From the NCBI GenBank assembly GCA_047602405.1, contig JASGHJ010000002.1, forward strand, positions 2,560,001-2,624,000: 64,000 bases of DNA, given 5' to 3'. A program made the position numbers and the translations under genes. Below, piece by piece: positions 1-13,099 of this stretch. Numbering within the stretch: position 1 is the stretch's first letter; the number at the start of each line of letters is the position of its first letter. The stretch comes from Anaeromyxobacteraceae bacterium. GTDB taxonomy: Bacteria > Myxococcota > Myxococcia > Myxococcales > Anaeromyxobacteraceae. A model generated the notes under the pieces. The model was not told the origin of the DNA. It made no database searches and saw nothing but the letters and a program-made list of their open reading frames with translations.

Positions 1-1293
1 CGCGCCGACGCCTTCCGCGACGCGCTCGCCACCACCGAGGCCAAGATCGCCGCCGCGCGGAAGCGGGGCGAGCAGGCCCTGCTCGTCGTCTACTACTCCG
101 GCCACGCCGGCCCGGGTGGCCTCGAGTTCGGCCCCGCCCGCGTCGCCTTCGACGAGCTCCGCGCGCTCGTGGCCGCCTCCGCCGCCGAGACCCGCATCGT
201 CATCGTGGACGCCTGCGAGGCCGGCGCGCTCACCCAGGTGAAGGGCGCCTCGCCCGCCCCGAGCGTCGACTTCGCCCTCCCCTCGCAGGAGGTGAAGGGC
301 ACCGCGTTCCTCGCCTCGACCGCGGTCGGCGAGGCCGCGCAGGAGTCCGGCCGCCTCGGCGGCAGCTTCTTCACGCACCACCTCGAGGTCGCGATGCGCG
401 GCGCGGGCGACGCGGACGACGACGGCGTCGTGACGCTGTCGGAGGCGTTCCGCTACACGGCGTCCCGCACCGTCGCCGAGACCGCCGGCACGACCCAGGG
501 GCCCCAGCACCCGACGTACGACTTCCGGATGTCCGGCCGCGGCGACGTGGTCCTCTCCGACCTGCGCCGCGCGGAGGCCCACCTGCGCGTCCCCGCCGAC
601 CCCGGCGCGCTCTACGTCCTGAAGGGCCCGAAGGGGCTCGTCGCCGAGGTGCAGGCCGGCCCCGCGCCGCTGCGGCTCGCGATGCCCGCGGGCCGCTACG
701 ACGTCGAGCGCCGCGCGCGCAACGGCCGCGCCTCGGGCGGCGTCTCGCTCGGCAAGGGCGACGACGCCACCCTCCCCCAGCTCGAGCCGACCCGCTACGA
801 GGTCGCGCGCTCGAAGGGCGGCCCGCTGCCGACCGAGAGCTTCGCGGGCATGGGCGTGCACGCGATCTCGCTGCCGGGCGGCGGCTTCGCCCCGGCGCTG
901 CGCGGCGGCGTGCGCCGCGAGGTCGGGCCGGCGGGGCTCGTCGTCTCCCTCGAGTACGCGGCGCGCGACGTGACCGACCAGGGGAAGCGCTACGCCTACT
1001 CGCGGATGGGGGCCTCGGCCGCGCTCGTGCTCCCGGTGTTCGGCGGCTCGAAGCTCGTCGAGGCCGGCGTGTTCGGCGGCTACGGCTACGCGACGCAGAC
1101 CTGGAAGGCCGACCGCCGCTCCTTCAGCGCGGGCGACGTGACCGGCGGCTTCGCGCTGCGGGCGTCGGTGCCGGTCGGGCGGCTGCGCGCCGCGGTGGAC
1201 GCCGAGGGCGGCGTCCGCACGTTCCAGCTCGATGGCGCCCGCACGACGCGCCCGGCGGCCTCGGCCGCGCTCGTCATCCTGTACGGGTTCTGA
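1..1293 (+). CDS. Caspase-like (peptidase C14) domain protein, 5'-truncated by the window, with a beta-rich C-terminal domain
   Basis: Frame is open from base 1: ...LLVVYYSGHAG (His motif), IVIVDACEAG (Cys motif), AQESGRLGGSFFTHHL. The C-terminus has alternating beta strands ending in YGF. Confidence 0.85.
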   Translation, partial: RADAFRDALATTEAKIAAARKRGEQALLVVYYSGHAGPGGLEFGPARVAFDELRALVAASAAETRIVIVDACEAGALTQVKGASPAPSVDFALPSQEVKGTAFLASTAVGEAAQESGRLGGSFFTHHLEVAMRGAGDADDDGVVTLSEAFRYTASRTVAETAGTTQGPQHPTYDFRMSGRGDVVLSDLRRAEAHLRVPADPGALYVLKGPKGLVAEVQAGPAPLRLAMPAGRYDVERRARNGRASGGVSLGKGDDATLPQLEPTRYEVARSKGGPLPTESFAGMGVHAISLPGGGFAPALRGGVRREVGPAGLVVSLEYAARDVTDQGKRYAYSRMGASAALVLPVFGGSKLVEAGVFGGYGYATQTWKADRRSFSAGDVTGGFALRASVPVGRLRAAVDAEGGVRTFQLDGARTTRPAASAALVILYGF

Positions 1294-1296
1294 ACC

Positions 1297-2730
1297 ATGA
1301 GCCTCCTCGTCCGCCACGATCCGCTCGTGCTGAGCGTAGCGCCCGCGAAGCGGGCGCGGAGTCGAAGCACGCCCTTCGCCTTCGCGCTCGTCCTCCTCGC
1401 CGCCTGCGGCGACGGCGTCTACACGACGCGCGGGCTGCCCTCGACCGGCGGCCCTGGCGACGGCAACACCTGCGACGCGAACCAGGTCTTGTGCGCCGAC
1501 GACCCCACCCGCACCTGCCGCCAAGAGACAGACGCGAGATGTGGATCCAGCTGCGACCCGTGCCCTGACGGGCCCTCCGGGACCCAGAAGGTCTGCAACC
1601 TCGGGCGGGCGCCCGACGGTCACGGACAGTGCGGCTACGCCTGCGCCGACGGCTTCTTCGCGTGCGCCACCGGCTGCTGCGGCACGACCGCGGTCGCGGC
1701 GGGCGGGGACTCGAGCTACGCGATCGTCTCGGACGGCACCGTCCACGCCTGGGGCGCGAACGGGTCGGGCCAGCTCGGCGACGGGTCGACGATCGACCGG
1801 AAGGCGCCCGTGCTCGTGAAGCTCGCGGCCGGCGCGGCGGCCTCGGGGATCGCCGCGGGCCCGACGCACGCCTGCGCCATCGTGGGCGGCGGCGCGGTCC
1901 GCTGCTGGGGGTCGAACACGAGCGGCGAGGTCACGGGCGCGGCGACGAGCGGCGCCATCTCGACCCCGACGGTCACACCGGTCACCGCGAACGCCGTGGC
2001 GGTGGCCGCGGGCGGCGCGCACACCTGCGCCGTGCTCGACACCGGGGCCGTCACCTGCTGGGGCGCCGCCGCGCAGACGGCGGGCGCGGCCTCGATCACC
2101 GGCGCGACCGCGATCGCCGCGGGCGCCGGCCACACCTGCGCGCTCGTCGCGGGCGGCGCCGTGAAGTGCTGGGGCGCGAACGACGCAGGACAGCTCGGCG
2201 GGACACCGGCGAACGGCGTCGCGACGCCGATCGCGGCGGGCATCGAGAAGCTCGCCGCGTACGGCGACCACACCTGCGCCGCCACCCGGAACACGAATGG
2301 TGACAGCAAGATCGTGGATGGGCTCCGCTGCTGGGGCGCGGTGCTCGGGGCGAGCTGGCAGTTCGCGACGCCGTTCCAGCCCACGCCCGCCATCCCGATG
2401 AAGGACGCCTCGCAGTCCAGCATCCGCAAGCCCGTGGTGTCCGTCGCGACCGGGCGCACCCAGGTCTGCCTCTTCGCAGAGCTCGCGCCCGCGTGCCTCG
2501 GCCCCGAGAACGCCCTCGGCCAGCTCGGCGGAGCGGCCATCGTGCCCGAGCCCTCGACCGTCTCCGCCGCGGGCGGCGCGACCGACCTCGCGACCGGCGA
2601 CGATCACGCCTGCGCCATCCTCCCCTCCGGTGCGCTCCGCTGCTGGGGCGACAACTCGAGCGGCCAGCTCGGCGACGACACGAAGATCACCCCGGACGTC
2701 GGGATCCTGAAGGCGCCGAAGGGCACCTGA
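1297..2730 (+). CDS. RCC1-repeat lipoprotein with Cys-rich N-terminal region
   Basis: Lipobox LLAAC, a Cys-rich segment, and repeated AGxxHTCA...V(R/K)CWGxNxxGQLG units. Confidence 0.85.
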   Translation: MSLLVRHDPLVLSVAPAKRARSRSTPFAFALVLLAACGDGVYTTRGLPSTGGPGDGNTCDANQVLCADDPTRTCRQETDARCGSSCDPCPDGPSGTQKVCNLGRAPDGHGQCGYACADGFFACATGCCGTTAVAAGGDSSYAIVSDGTVHAWGANGSGQLGDGSTIDRKAPVLVKLAAGAAASGIAAGPTHACAIVGGGAVRCWGSNTSGEVTGAATSGAISTPTVTPVTANAVAVAAGGAHTCAVLDTGAVTCWGAAAQTAGAASITGATAIAAGAGHTCALVAGGAVKCWGANDAGQLGGTPANGVATPIAAGIEKLAAYGDHTCAATRNTNGDSKIVDGLRCWGAVLGASWQFATPFQPTPAIPMKDASQSSIRKPVVSVATGRTQVCLFAELAPACLGPENALGQLGGAAIVPEPSTVSAAGGATDLATGDDHACAILPSGALRCWGDNSSGQLGDDTKITPDVGILKAPKGT

Positions 2731-2833
2731 ACCCGGCAAGTTCTGCAGCGTTTCGCGTCCCCCGAAGGCGCGACCGCCCGGCACTTAACGCCCGGCGCCA
2801 TCGTGTCGAAGAGCCCATCGGACAAGGCGGCCG

Positions 2834-2856
2834 CCACCCCGTCGCAAGCGGGGTGG
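2834..2856. terminator. GC hairpin between convergent genes (possible terminator)
   Basis: CCACCCCG-tcgcaag-CGGGGTGG with no U-tract. Confidence 0.35.
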
Positions 2857-2881
2857 GGCCTCGCCTGCCAGCTCCGGCGGC

Positions 2882-4714
2882 TCACACCCGCTGCGAGCGG
2901 TCGCGCCCGAACTCCGCACCGACCCACTTCCTCCCCTTCACGATCCACTCGATGGTGTCCGGCACGCGCCCGAAGACCTCGGCGATGCCGCCGTGAACCA
3001 CCACGAGGTGGTGGAACGGGCAGAGCGGGAGGATGTTCCACGGCTCGTCGGGCCCGCCGCGGCTCCTCCACCAGACATGGTGACCGTGCTTCGCCCGGCC
3101 GCTGCACCCGGGCGCCTGGCACCTCGACATGAGGCTGCGCTGCTTCTGGGACAGGGTCCGCGGTGGCACGACCTCCGCGCCCCAGACGGCGTTGAAGTGG
3201 CGCGCGAGGTCGCCGTAGCAGGCGCCGAGCTCGCGCTTCAGGTCGTTCCGGGCCTTGCGGGCCGCCCGGATCGCGAGCTCGACGAGGTCCGCCACCCCCT
3301 TCGGGACCCAGACGTCGAGCTCCCGCCGCGCACACATCTGCGCATCGAGCTTCGCCGCGACGGCCTCCCGGACCTCGACGACCGTGAGCCGCTGCGCGTC
3401 CGCCGCGAGCGTCGCCCGCTCGGCCTCGGGGAGCGCCGCGACGAGCGCGAGCTTCGAGTAGGAGAGGCCCTCCTTTCGGGCCCGCTGCAGCGCGGGGCTG
3501 TCCCAGACCTTCAGCTCGAGCGCCGCGCGCGCCTCGACCGTCCGCGCCGCGAGGCCGAGGCGCTCCTTCGCGTAGTGACGGAAGTCGACGAAGCCCGCCC
3601 GGCGATGCCCCTGGGTGCCCTTCACGATCGCGGCACAGTAGCCGACGACGTCGTCCCAGGCCTTCCGCTCCTGGCACAGCCCGACGAGCGTCGCGTCGAG
3701 CTCCTCCGCGGTCGCGTACTCGAGCGGGACGACCTCGGGCGCCGCGACCTCGGAGTACCCCTCGAGCTTCGCCCAGTCGTCGGTCACGAGCTCGGACTGG
3801 TACTCCGAGACCTCCCGCCTCGTCGGCTGCTCGTGCGTCGGCCACGCGTCGGCGGTCGCCTCGCCCGAGGCCGGGTCGGCGGCTCCTGCGACCGGACCGG
3901 CCTCCAGGGGAACGAGGTCGGCCTCGTCGATGGGATGCTCCGAGAGGAACTCCTGCGCGAGCGCCTCGAGGTGCGCGGTGCGCAGCGGGGTCTCGAGGAG
4001 CTCCTTCGCGAGCTCGAAGGCGACGTCGAGGTCCTTCCGGTCCTCCGCGCCGAGCGGGACGCGCAGACGGACGTAGACCTCCTCCTCCTGCGTCGCCTCG
4101 GGTCCGGCCCCGGCGCCCGCGGAGGCCCCACCCTCCGCGTGCGCCGCGTCGTGCAGCGCGAGCCTCACCGCGCGCTCGAGCCTGCGCACGGTCCAGCGCC
4201 GGGCGCGCTCGACCCACACCGCCTCGGCGTCGCCCACCGCGACCCGGAGGACCGTGAGCGCGGCCCGCGGCGTCACCTGCCCGGCGTGCACCGCGGCGCG
4301 GAGGAGCGGCCGCTTCTCGAGCCCGCGCGCGAGCTGGATCGCCACCTGCGTCGTGCGGCGCTTCATCCCCAGGATGTTCTCTGCGTAGTCGCACACGTTC
4401 GCGAAGCCGAGCTGCGCGAGCCAGCGTCCCTCGGCGAGCGCCGAGAGGAGACGCCCGATCGCGAGGTCGACCGCGCTCGCCATCTGCGCGGACCACGCGA
4501 GGACGCGCTCATGCTCCTCGACGGCATCCGGGGTGCCCTCGATCCGGCGGAGCGCGGCGTGCGTGAGCGTGGGCAGGTCGACGCGTGGCGCGCGCAGGTC
4601 CGGGCGCCCGTCGAGCGGGCGCTTCGGCCCCTGTGGCGCCTCCGGGGCGCCGGCCTCGGGAGCCTTGGGCTCCACTGCCGTGGCCTCGGCGACGATGGGT
4701 TCCACCGCGTTCAT
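2882..4714 (-). CDS. HNH endonuclease signature protein with long DUF222-like helical N-terminus
   Basis: C-terminal CQAPGC...HGHHVWWRSRGGPDEPWNILPLCPFHH. An LGFxxxxxYAxExLG-type helical unit occurs twice. Confidence 0.8.
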   Translation of the reverse strand: MNAVEPIVAEATAVEPKAPEAGAPEAPQGPKRPLDGRPDLRAPRVDLPTLTHAALRRIEGTPDAVEEHERVLAWSAQMASAVDLAIGRLLSALAEGRWLAQLGFANVCDYAENILGMKRRTTQVAIQLARGLEKRPLLRAAVHAGQVTPRAALTVLRVAVGDAEAVWVERARRWTVRRLERAVRLALHDAAHAEGGASAGAGAGPEATQEEEVYVRLRVPLGAEDRKDLDVAFELAKELLETPLRTAHLEALAQEFLSEHPIDEADLVPLEAGPVAGAADPASGEATADAWPTHEQPTRREVSEYQSELVTDDWAKLEGYSEVAAPEVVPLEYATAEELDATLVGLCQERKAWDDVVGYCAAIVKGTQGHRRAGFVDFRHYAKERLGLAARTVEARAALELKVWDSPALQRARKEGLSYSKLALVAALPEAERATLAADAQRLTVVEVREAVAAKLDAQMCARRELDVWVPKGVADLVELAIRAARKARNDLKRELGACYGDLARHFNAVWGAEVVPPRTLSQKQRSLMSRCQAPGCSGRAKHGHHVWWRSRGGPDEPWNILPLCPFHHLVVVHGGIAEVFGRVPDTIEWIVKGRKWVGAEFGRDRSQRV

Positions 4715-4847
4715 CGCTCGTGATCATCGCACCCCACCCTGACAGTGAGATCGCACGATCCACCTGGGGCTCAGGGCAGAATCCGAGGGTCCACCCCGTC
4801 CGGATCGGCCCCTCGACCCCGGCGCCCACCCGCGTTACATCCCCGCC

Positions 4848-5240
4848 ATGCCCCGCGGATCCGCCTCGAACACCCGCGCCGTCGCGCGCCTCCGCAAGCT
4901 CTGCCTCGCCCTCCCCTGCGCCGTCGAGAAGGCCTCGCACGGCGAGCCCACCTGGTTCGCCGGCGAGAAGGGCAAGGTCTTCGCCTCGCTCGACGACCAC
5001 CACCACGGGGCCGAGCACCTCTCGGTCTGGATGCCGCTCCCGCTCGGCGCGCAGGAGGACCTCGTGGCGCGCGACCCGGCCCGCTTCTTCCGCCCGCCGT
5101 ACGTCGGCGGGAGGGGCTGGGTCGGCATCGTCCTCGACGGGAAGCCCGACTGGGGCGAGGTGGAGGCGCTGCTCCGGGAGGCGTTCCTGAAGGTCGCGGG
5201 GGCGCGGCTGCGCGACGCCTTCCGGGAGCGCCGGATGTAG
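4848..5240 (+). CDS. MmcQ/YjbR family DNA-binding protein
   Basis: LRKLCLALP..E..SHGEPTW...KVFA, FFRPPYVGGRGWVGIVLD and DWGEV motifs. Confidence 0.85.
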   Translation: MPRGSASNTRAVARLRKLCLALPCAVEKASHGEPTWFAGEKGKVFASLDDHHHGAEHLSVWMPLPLGAQEDLVARDPARFFRPPYVGGRGWVGIVLDGKPDWGEVEALLREAFLKVAGARLRDAFRERRM

Positions 5241-5260
5241 TCCGGAGTGCCCCTCAGGAC

Positions 5261-6214
5261 CTACCCCCGCCCCGCGAGCTCCTTCGCCTTCCTCGCCTTC
5301 CAGGCCTCGATGGCCGCGCGCAGCCTGGGCACCGCGTCGCGCGCCGCCTGGATGCCGGCCTGCATGCAGCGCTTCTTCTGCGTGAAGTCGAGCATGCCGA
5401 CGCCGTCCACGTTCGGCGTCACGAGCACGTCCGCGCCCTGGCGGCGGAAGCCGGTGTTGACCGCGAACATGATGTTCGTCGACTGGAGGATCACGTCGAC
5501 GACGCCCTTGATGTTGGTGTTGCCGACCTTCTCGCCGATGTCGACCGCGACGACGAGGTCCGCCCCGCGGGCACGGGCGACCTCGATCGGGATGTTGTCG
5601 ACGACGCCGCCGTCCACGAGCAGCTTCCCCTGGTGCAGCACCGGCTCGAAGATCCCCGGGATGGCGGAGGAGGCGCGCACGGCCTTCGCGACCGACCCCC
5701 GGTCGAGCACCACCCGCTCGCCCCAGTTGAGATCGGTCGCCACCGCGGCGAACGGCACCTGGAGCTGCTCGATGTTCTCGTGCTTCACCCGCGCCTTCAC
5801 GAAGGCCTCGAGCTTCTCGCCCTTCGCGTAGCCCATGCCCATCACGGCGTTCGCGATGCGGAAGTCGAAGAGGTCGTCCTGCTCGAGCTGGAACGCGGTC
5901 CACTCGAGGTCGAAGCTGTCGCGGTCGCTCGCGTAGATCGCGCCGATGAGCGAGCCGACGCTCGTGCCGACGACCTGCGCGATGGGGATCCGCTCCTGCT
6001 CGAGGACGCGGATGACCCCGATGTGCGCGAACCCGCGGGCGGCCCCGCCCCCGAGGACGAGCGCGATGCGCGGCTCGGGCACCTGCACCGGGGTGCGTGG
6101 CGGCTCCTGGGCGGCGACCGGCGGCGAAGCCGGCTCCGGGGACTTCGGGGGCGCGGTGGGCGTGGTGGCGCAGGCCGCGAGGGCGAGCGCGAGGGGCGCG
6201 ATGACACGGTGCAT
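5261..6214 (-). CDS. Patatin-like phospholipase, lipoprotein
   Basis: Start MHRVIAP...LAAC, then GGGAARG, GTSVG nucleophile and DGG motifs. Confidence 0.9.
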   Translation of the reverse strand: MHRVIAPLALALAACATTPTAPPKSPEPASPPVAAQEPPRTPVQVPEPRIALVLGGGAARGFAHIGVIRVLEQERIPIAQVVGTSVGSLIGAIYASDRDSFDLEWTAFQLEQDDLFDFRIANAVMGMGYAKGEKLEAFVKARVKHENIEQLQVPFAAVATDLNWGERVVLDRGSVAKAVRASSAIPGIFEPVLHQGKLLVDGGVVDNIPIEVARARGADLVVAVDIGEKVGNTNIKGVVDVILQSTNIMFAVNTGFRRQGADVLVTPNVDGVGMLDFTQKKRCMQAGIQAARDAVPRLRAAIEAWKARKAKELAGRG

Positions 6215-6245
6215 GGTGCCCGAGGATACGCTAGCTTGCGGCCCG

Positions 6246-6773
6246 ATGCCGACCGCCCCGACCCCGCGCGTGGAGGTGATCCGCGCACCCGACCGCGTCG
6301 TGCTGCGCTTCCGCGCTCCGCGGGGCCCACGGGTCGCGCTCGGGATCTTCTTCGCCTCGTTCCTCGTGGCCTGGCTCGCCGGGACCGCCGCCGTGATCTC
6401 GATGTTCGCCGACGGCCGGGTCGAGGGGCAGGCGGCGACGCTCGCAGGCATGTGGCTCGTGCTCTGGTGCGGCGGCGCGGCCATCGGGGTGTGGGGCCTG
6501 TGGCGGCTCGTCCTCGCCCGCGAGGTCGTCGAGGCGACCGCGGCCGGGATCGCGGTGCGCCGGGTGCTCGGCCCGCTCGCGACCGGCAGCCGGTACGAGG
6601 CCCGCCGCATCAAGCACCTCCGCCACGACCCCGCCGCCCGCGCGGCCTTCCTGTTCGAGTACGGCGGCGCGGCGGTGCGCTTCGGCCCCGGAACCCCGGC
6701 CGAGGAGGCCGGCCCGGCCCTCGAGGCGCTGCGCTCCGCGCTGCCCGCCGCGGAGATCCTGCCGAAAAATTGA
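6246..6773 (+). CDS. Hypothetical membrane protein (2 TM)
   Basis: ATG at 6246, two hydrophobic helices, typical GC3 codon bias. Confidence 0.65.
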   Translation: MPTAPTPRVEVIRAPDRVVLRFRAPRGPRVALGIFFASFLVAWLAGTAAVISMFADGRVEGQAATLAGMWLVLWCGGAAIGVWGLWRLVLAREVVEATAAGIAVRRVLGPLATGSRYEARRIKHLRHDPAARAAFLFEYGGAAVRFGPGTPAEEAGPALEALRSALPAAEILPKN

Positions 6774-6806
6774 CCAGTTGCGCTCGATATCGGACCTTGG
6801 GCTGGC

Positions 6807-9260
<2,454 letters not shown>

Positions 9261-9309
9261 GCCGGACCCGGCCTCGCGCCGGCGAGGGTGGAGCGCGTAG
9301 ACTGGCGGC

Positions 9310-11426
9310 GTGAGCCGATCCACGCCGGCCCCCACCGCGGCCCTGGCCGGGAGCCTCGCCGTCCTCGCGGTCGCGATCGCGCTCGGCGCCACGGTCATCG
9401 GCCAGGCCGAGCGCGCCTGGCGCGCCGAGCAGCGGGCCGCCGCCTCCGCCCGGGCGGCCACCGCGGCCTTCGCCCTGGAGCACGAGGTGTCCCGCGGCCT
9501 CTCGGCCACCTTCACGCTCGCCGCGCTCGTGCTGGTCGACCCGAACTTCGAGGGCTTCGAGGAGCTCGCCGCCCAGCTCCTGCCCAACTACGGCGCGATC
9601 GACACGGTGCAGCTCGCCCCGAGCGGCGTCATCACGCGCATCTTCCCGCTCGACGGGAACGAGTCCGCGATCGGACACGACCTGCTCCGCGACCCCGACC
9701 GGCGCTTCCAGGCGCTCGAGGCGATGCGCACCCGGCAGCTCGTCGTGGCGGGCCCCTTCGAGCTCCGGCAGGGCGGCGTCGGGCTCGTCGGCCGGGTCGC
9801 CGTCTTCCTCCGCGACCCCCGCGCGCCGCAGGGCGAGCGCTTCTGGGGCTTCGTCACGGCGGTGCTCCGCGTCGAGCGCCTGCTCCGCGCGGCGAACCTG
9901 GAGCACCTGCAGGCGGAGGGCTACCGCTACTCGCTCTCGCGGCTCGACCCGGAGCGGCAGGAGGTGGCGTGCTTCGCGGGCTGCGGCGAGCCGCTGGAGG
10001 CGCCGACCACCTTCCCGGTCTCGGTCCCGAACGGCAGCTGGACGCTCTCGCTCGCCCCGGGCGGCGGGTGGCCCGCGCCGCCCTGGCTCCTGCGCGCGTG
10101 GCTCGTCGCCGGCGCGGTGGCGCTCGCCTTCGCGGGGCTCTCCTGGCGGATCTTCCGCTCGCCCGCGGTGCTCCAGCGGGAGGTGGCGGCGCGCACCGAG
10201 GAGCTCGCGCGCGCCAACGAGGCGCTCGCGCGGGAGATGGCGCGGCTGCGCGAGGCGGAGGAGGCCGCCCGCGCCGCGGAGGAGCAGCTGCGCCAGTCGC
10301 AGAAGCTCGAGGCGGTGGGGCAGCTCGCCGGCGGCGTCGCCCACGACTTCAACAACCTCCTCACCGGCATCATGGGCGAGGCCTCCGTGCTCGCCGAGCG
10401 GACCGCGCCCGGCACGGAGGAGCGCGAGGCGGTGGACGCGATCACCTCCACCGCCCGGCGCGCCGCGGAGCTCACCCGCCGGCTGCTCGGCTTCGCCCGG
10501 CGCGAGCCGCTGCGGAGCGAGCGGTTCGACGTGCACGAGGTGATCCGGGAGCTCGCCCGCCTGCTGGCGAGGACGCTCGACGCCCGCGTGGTCGTGGAGC
10601 TCCGGCTCGAGGCGCCCCGCTCGACGGTGAGCGGGGATCCCGGGCGGCTCCAGCAGGCGCTCCTCAACCTCGCGCTGAACGCGCGCGACGCGATGCCCGG
10701 GGGCGGCCGGCTGGTCTTCGAGACCCGGGTCGTCGAGCGCGACGAGGGGTGGCGCACGCGCCAGCACCCCGGGGCGGCCGCGGGGCCGCACCTCGTGGTC
10801 GCGGTGACCGACTCGGGGCCGGGCGTGCCGCCGGAGCTGCAGGGCGGATCTTCGAGCCGTTCTTCACGACGAAGCCGCGCGGCCACGGGACCGGCCTCGG
10901 GCTGGCGCTCGTCTACGGCACCGCCGCCGCGCACGGCGGCGCGGTCGAGCTCGAGAGCCCGCCCGGCGGCGGCGCCCGGTTCGTCGTCTCGCTGCCGCTC
11001 GCGGAGGGGGAGGCCGAGGCCGGGCCGCGGCCGCTGCCCGGGGCGGCGCCGGCCGGGCGCGGTGGCCTCGTGCTCGTCATCGACGACCACGACGTCCCGC
11101 GCGACACGGCGGTCCGGCTCCTCCGCGCGGCGGGGTACGCGGCCCACGGCGCACCCGGCGCCGCCGAGGGGATCGCCTGGTTCCGCCAGCACGGCGCGGC
11201 CGTCCAGGCGGTGCTGCTCGACGTGGCGATGCCCGGCATGGACGGCCTCGCCTGCCGCGAGGAGCTGCTGCGGATCCGGGCGAACGTGCCCGTCGTCTTC
11301 ACCTCCGGCTACGCGAGCGACGGGCGGGCCCAGGGCCTGGCCGCGCGCGGCGAGGCGGGGTTCGTCCAGAAGCCGTTCGACGGGCCGGCCCTGCTCGAGG
11401 CGATCGCGCGCGCGGCGGGGCCTTAG
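9310..11426 (+). CDS. CHASE-domain hybrid sensor histidine kinase/response regulator (apparent 1-bp deletion near 10843)
   Basis: CHASE motif [12 protein letters not shown]-box AHDFNNLL and N-box NARDAM are in one frame. [16 protein letters not shown] and the receiver domain continue in another frame. Adding 1 bp gives 706 codons. Confidence 0.85.
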
Positions 11427-11887
11427 CCCCTGCCCTTGCGCCGCACGTACACCACCTTCTCGACCTCCGCGCAGGCGAGCCCTTCCTCGGAGAGGAGCCG
11501 GACCGTGTACGTGCGGTCCACCGAGCGCGCCCCGGCGTCCAGGGCGGCGCGGATCGCCCGGAGCTCCTCCTCGTCGAGCCGGAGCGTCGCCCGCAGCGTG
11601 TCCCGGCCCGGCTTGAGGAACCGGATGGAAGCCGCCTTGTCCCAGACCACGTAGTCCGGGCCGAGGTTCTTCATCAGCATGATCATGTAGAAGGGATCCA
11701 CGGCGCCGTAGATCGAGCCGCCGAAGATCGTGCCGACGTAGTTCCGCGTCCTGACCGAAAGCGGGAGCTCGACCCTAACCTCGCGCCAGTCCGAGGCGAT
11801 GTAGGTCACCTTCCCGCCGGTGCCGAAGTAGGCCGGGAAGACGTTGAAGCCGTGGCGGGTCACGCGCGTGCGGAGCGACTCGGGCAT
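11423..11887 (-). CDS. DUF4442/hotdog-fold thioesterase-like protein
   Basis: [28 protein letters not shown] and [11 protein letters not shown] motifs. Confidence 0.85.
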   Translation of the reverse strand: MPESLRTRVTRHGFNVFPAYFGTGGKVTYIASDWREVRVELPLSVRTRNYVGTIFGGSIYGAVDPFYMIMLMKNLGPDYVVWDKAASIRFLKPGRDTLRATLRLDEEELRAIRAALDAGARSVDRTYTVRLLSEEGLACAEVEKVVYVRRKGRG

Positions 11888-11952
11888 ACGGCCCTGGTTC
11901 TACGTCACGGAGGGTTCACGCGCGAGCCCTTCGGCGGTGTTAGGAGACCCGC

Positions 11953-13092
11953 ATGGGCGAGGGATGCGGCCAGGGGCCGCTCCGGGAGGTGGCCGCGGTG
12001 TTCCTCCGGCTGGGGCTGACCGCGTTCGGGGGGCCGGCGGCGCACGTCGCGTTGATGCAGGCGGAGCTCGTGGAGCGGCGCCGGTGGGTGAGCCGCGAGC
12101 GGTTCCTCGACCTCGTCGCGGCGGCGAACCTCATCCCGGGGCCGAACTCGACCGAGCTCGCCATCCACCTCGGCTACCTGCGGGCGGGGTGGCCCGGGCT
12201 CCTCGTCGCGGGCGCGTGCTTCATCGTCCCCGCCGCGCTCTCGACGGCCGGCCTGGCCTGGGCGTACCTCCGCTTCGGCGCCCTCCCCGACGCGGTGGCG
12301 GTGCTGGCCGCCGTGAAGCCGGTGGTGTTCGTGATCGTCGCCGACGCGCTCTGGAAGTTCCTGCGGTCGAGCGTGCGGCGGACGGCGGACGGCCTGCTCG
12401 CCGCGGCCGCGCTCGCGGCGGCGGCGCTGGGCGCGCCGGAGCTCGCCGTGCTCCTGGCCGGCGGGCTCCTCGCGGCCCTCCGGGCGGGCCCGGCGCGCGG
12501 CGTGGCGGCCGGGCTGGTCGCGCCGCTCGTCGTGCCGCTCGCGGCCGCCGCCGCGCCGGCGGCGCCCGCCACCGCCGCGGGGCTGTTCTGGGTGTTCGCG
12601 AAGATCGGCTCGGTGCTCTTCGGCTCGGGCTACGTGCTGCTCGCGTTCCTGCGCGCCGAGCTCGTCGAGCGGCTGGGCTGGCTCACGACGCCGCAGCTCC
12701 TCGACGCGATCGCGGCGGGCCAGCTCACGCCCGGGCCCCTGTTCTCCACCGCCACGTTCGTCGGGTGGGTGGCCGGCGGCCCCGCGGGGGCGGCGGCGGC
12801 GACGGCCGGGATCTTCCTCCCCGCGTTCGTCTTCGTCGCCCTCTCCGGTCCGCTCGTGCCGCGGGTCAGGGCCTCGCCCACCGCGCGGGCGTTCCTCGAG
12901 GGCGTGGTGCTCGCCTCGCTCGGCCTCATGGCGCTCGTGACGGCGCAGCTCGGTGCCGAGGCGTTCGGCTCGATCACCCAGCTCCTGATCGGGCTCGCCG
13001 CCGCGGTCCTGGTGATCCGCTCCACCGTCGGTCCGGCCTGGATCGTCGCCAGCGCCGCCGCGGCGGGCTGGGCGCTCGCGCTCCTCCGTTGA
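11953..13092 (+). CDS. chrA: Chromate efflux transporter (CHR family)
   Basis: Two CHR halves: FGGP...IPGPNSTELA and FGSGY...GQLTPGP. Confidence 0.9.
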   Translation: MGEGCGQGPLREVAAVFLRLGLTAFGGPAAHVALMQAELVERRRWVSRERFLDLVAAANLIPGPNSTELAIHLGYLRAGWPGLLVAGACFIVPAALSTAGLAWAYLRFGALPDAVAVLAAVKPVVFVIVADALWKFLRSSVRRTADGLLAAAALAAAALGAPELAVLLAGGLLAALRAGPARGVAAGLVAPLVVPLAAAAAPAAPATAAGLFWVFAKIGSVLFGSGYVLLAFLRAELVERLGWLTTPQLLDAIAAGQLTPGPLFSTATFVGWVAGGPAGAAAATAGIFLPAFVFVALSGPLVPRVRASPTARAFLEGVVLASLGLMALVTAQLGAEAFGSITQLLIGLAAAVLVIRSTVGPAWIVASAAAAGWALALLR

Positions 13093-13099
13093 AGGGGCG

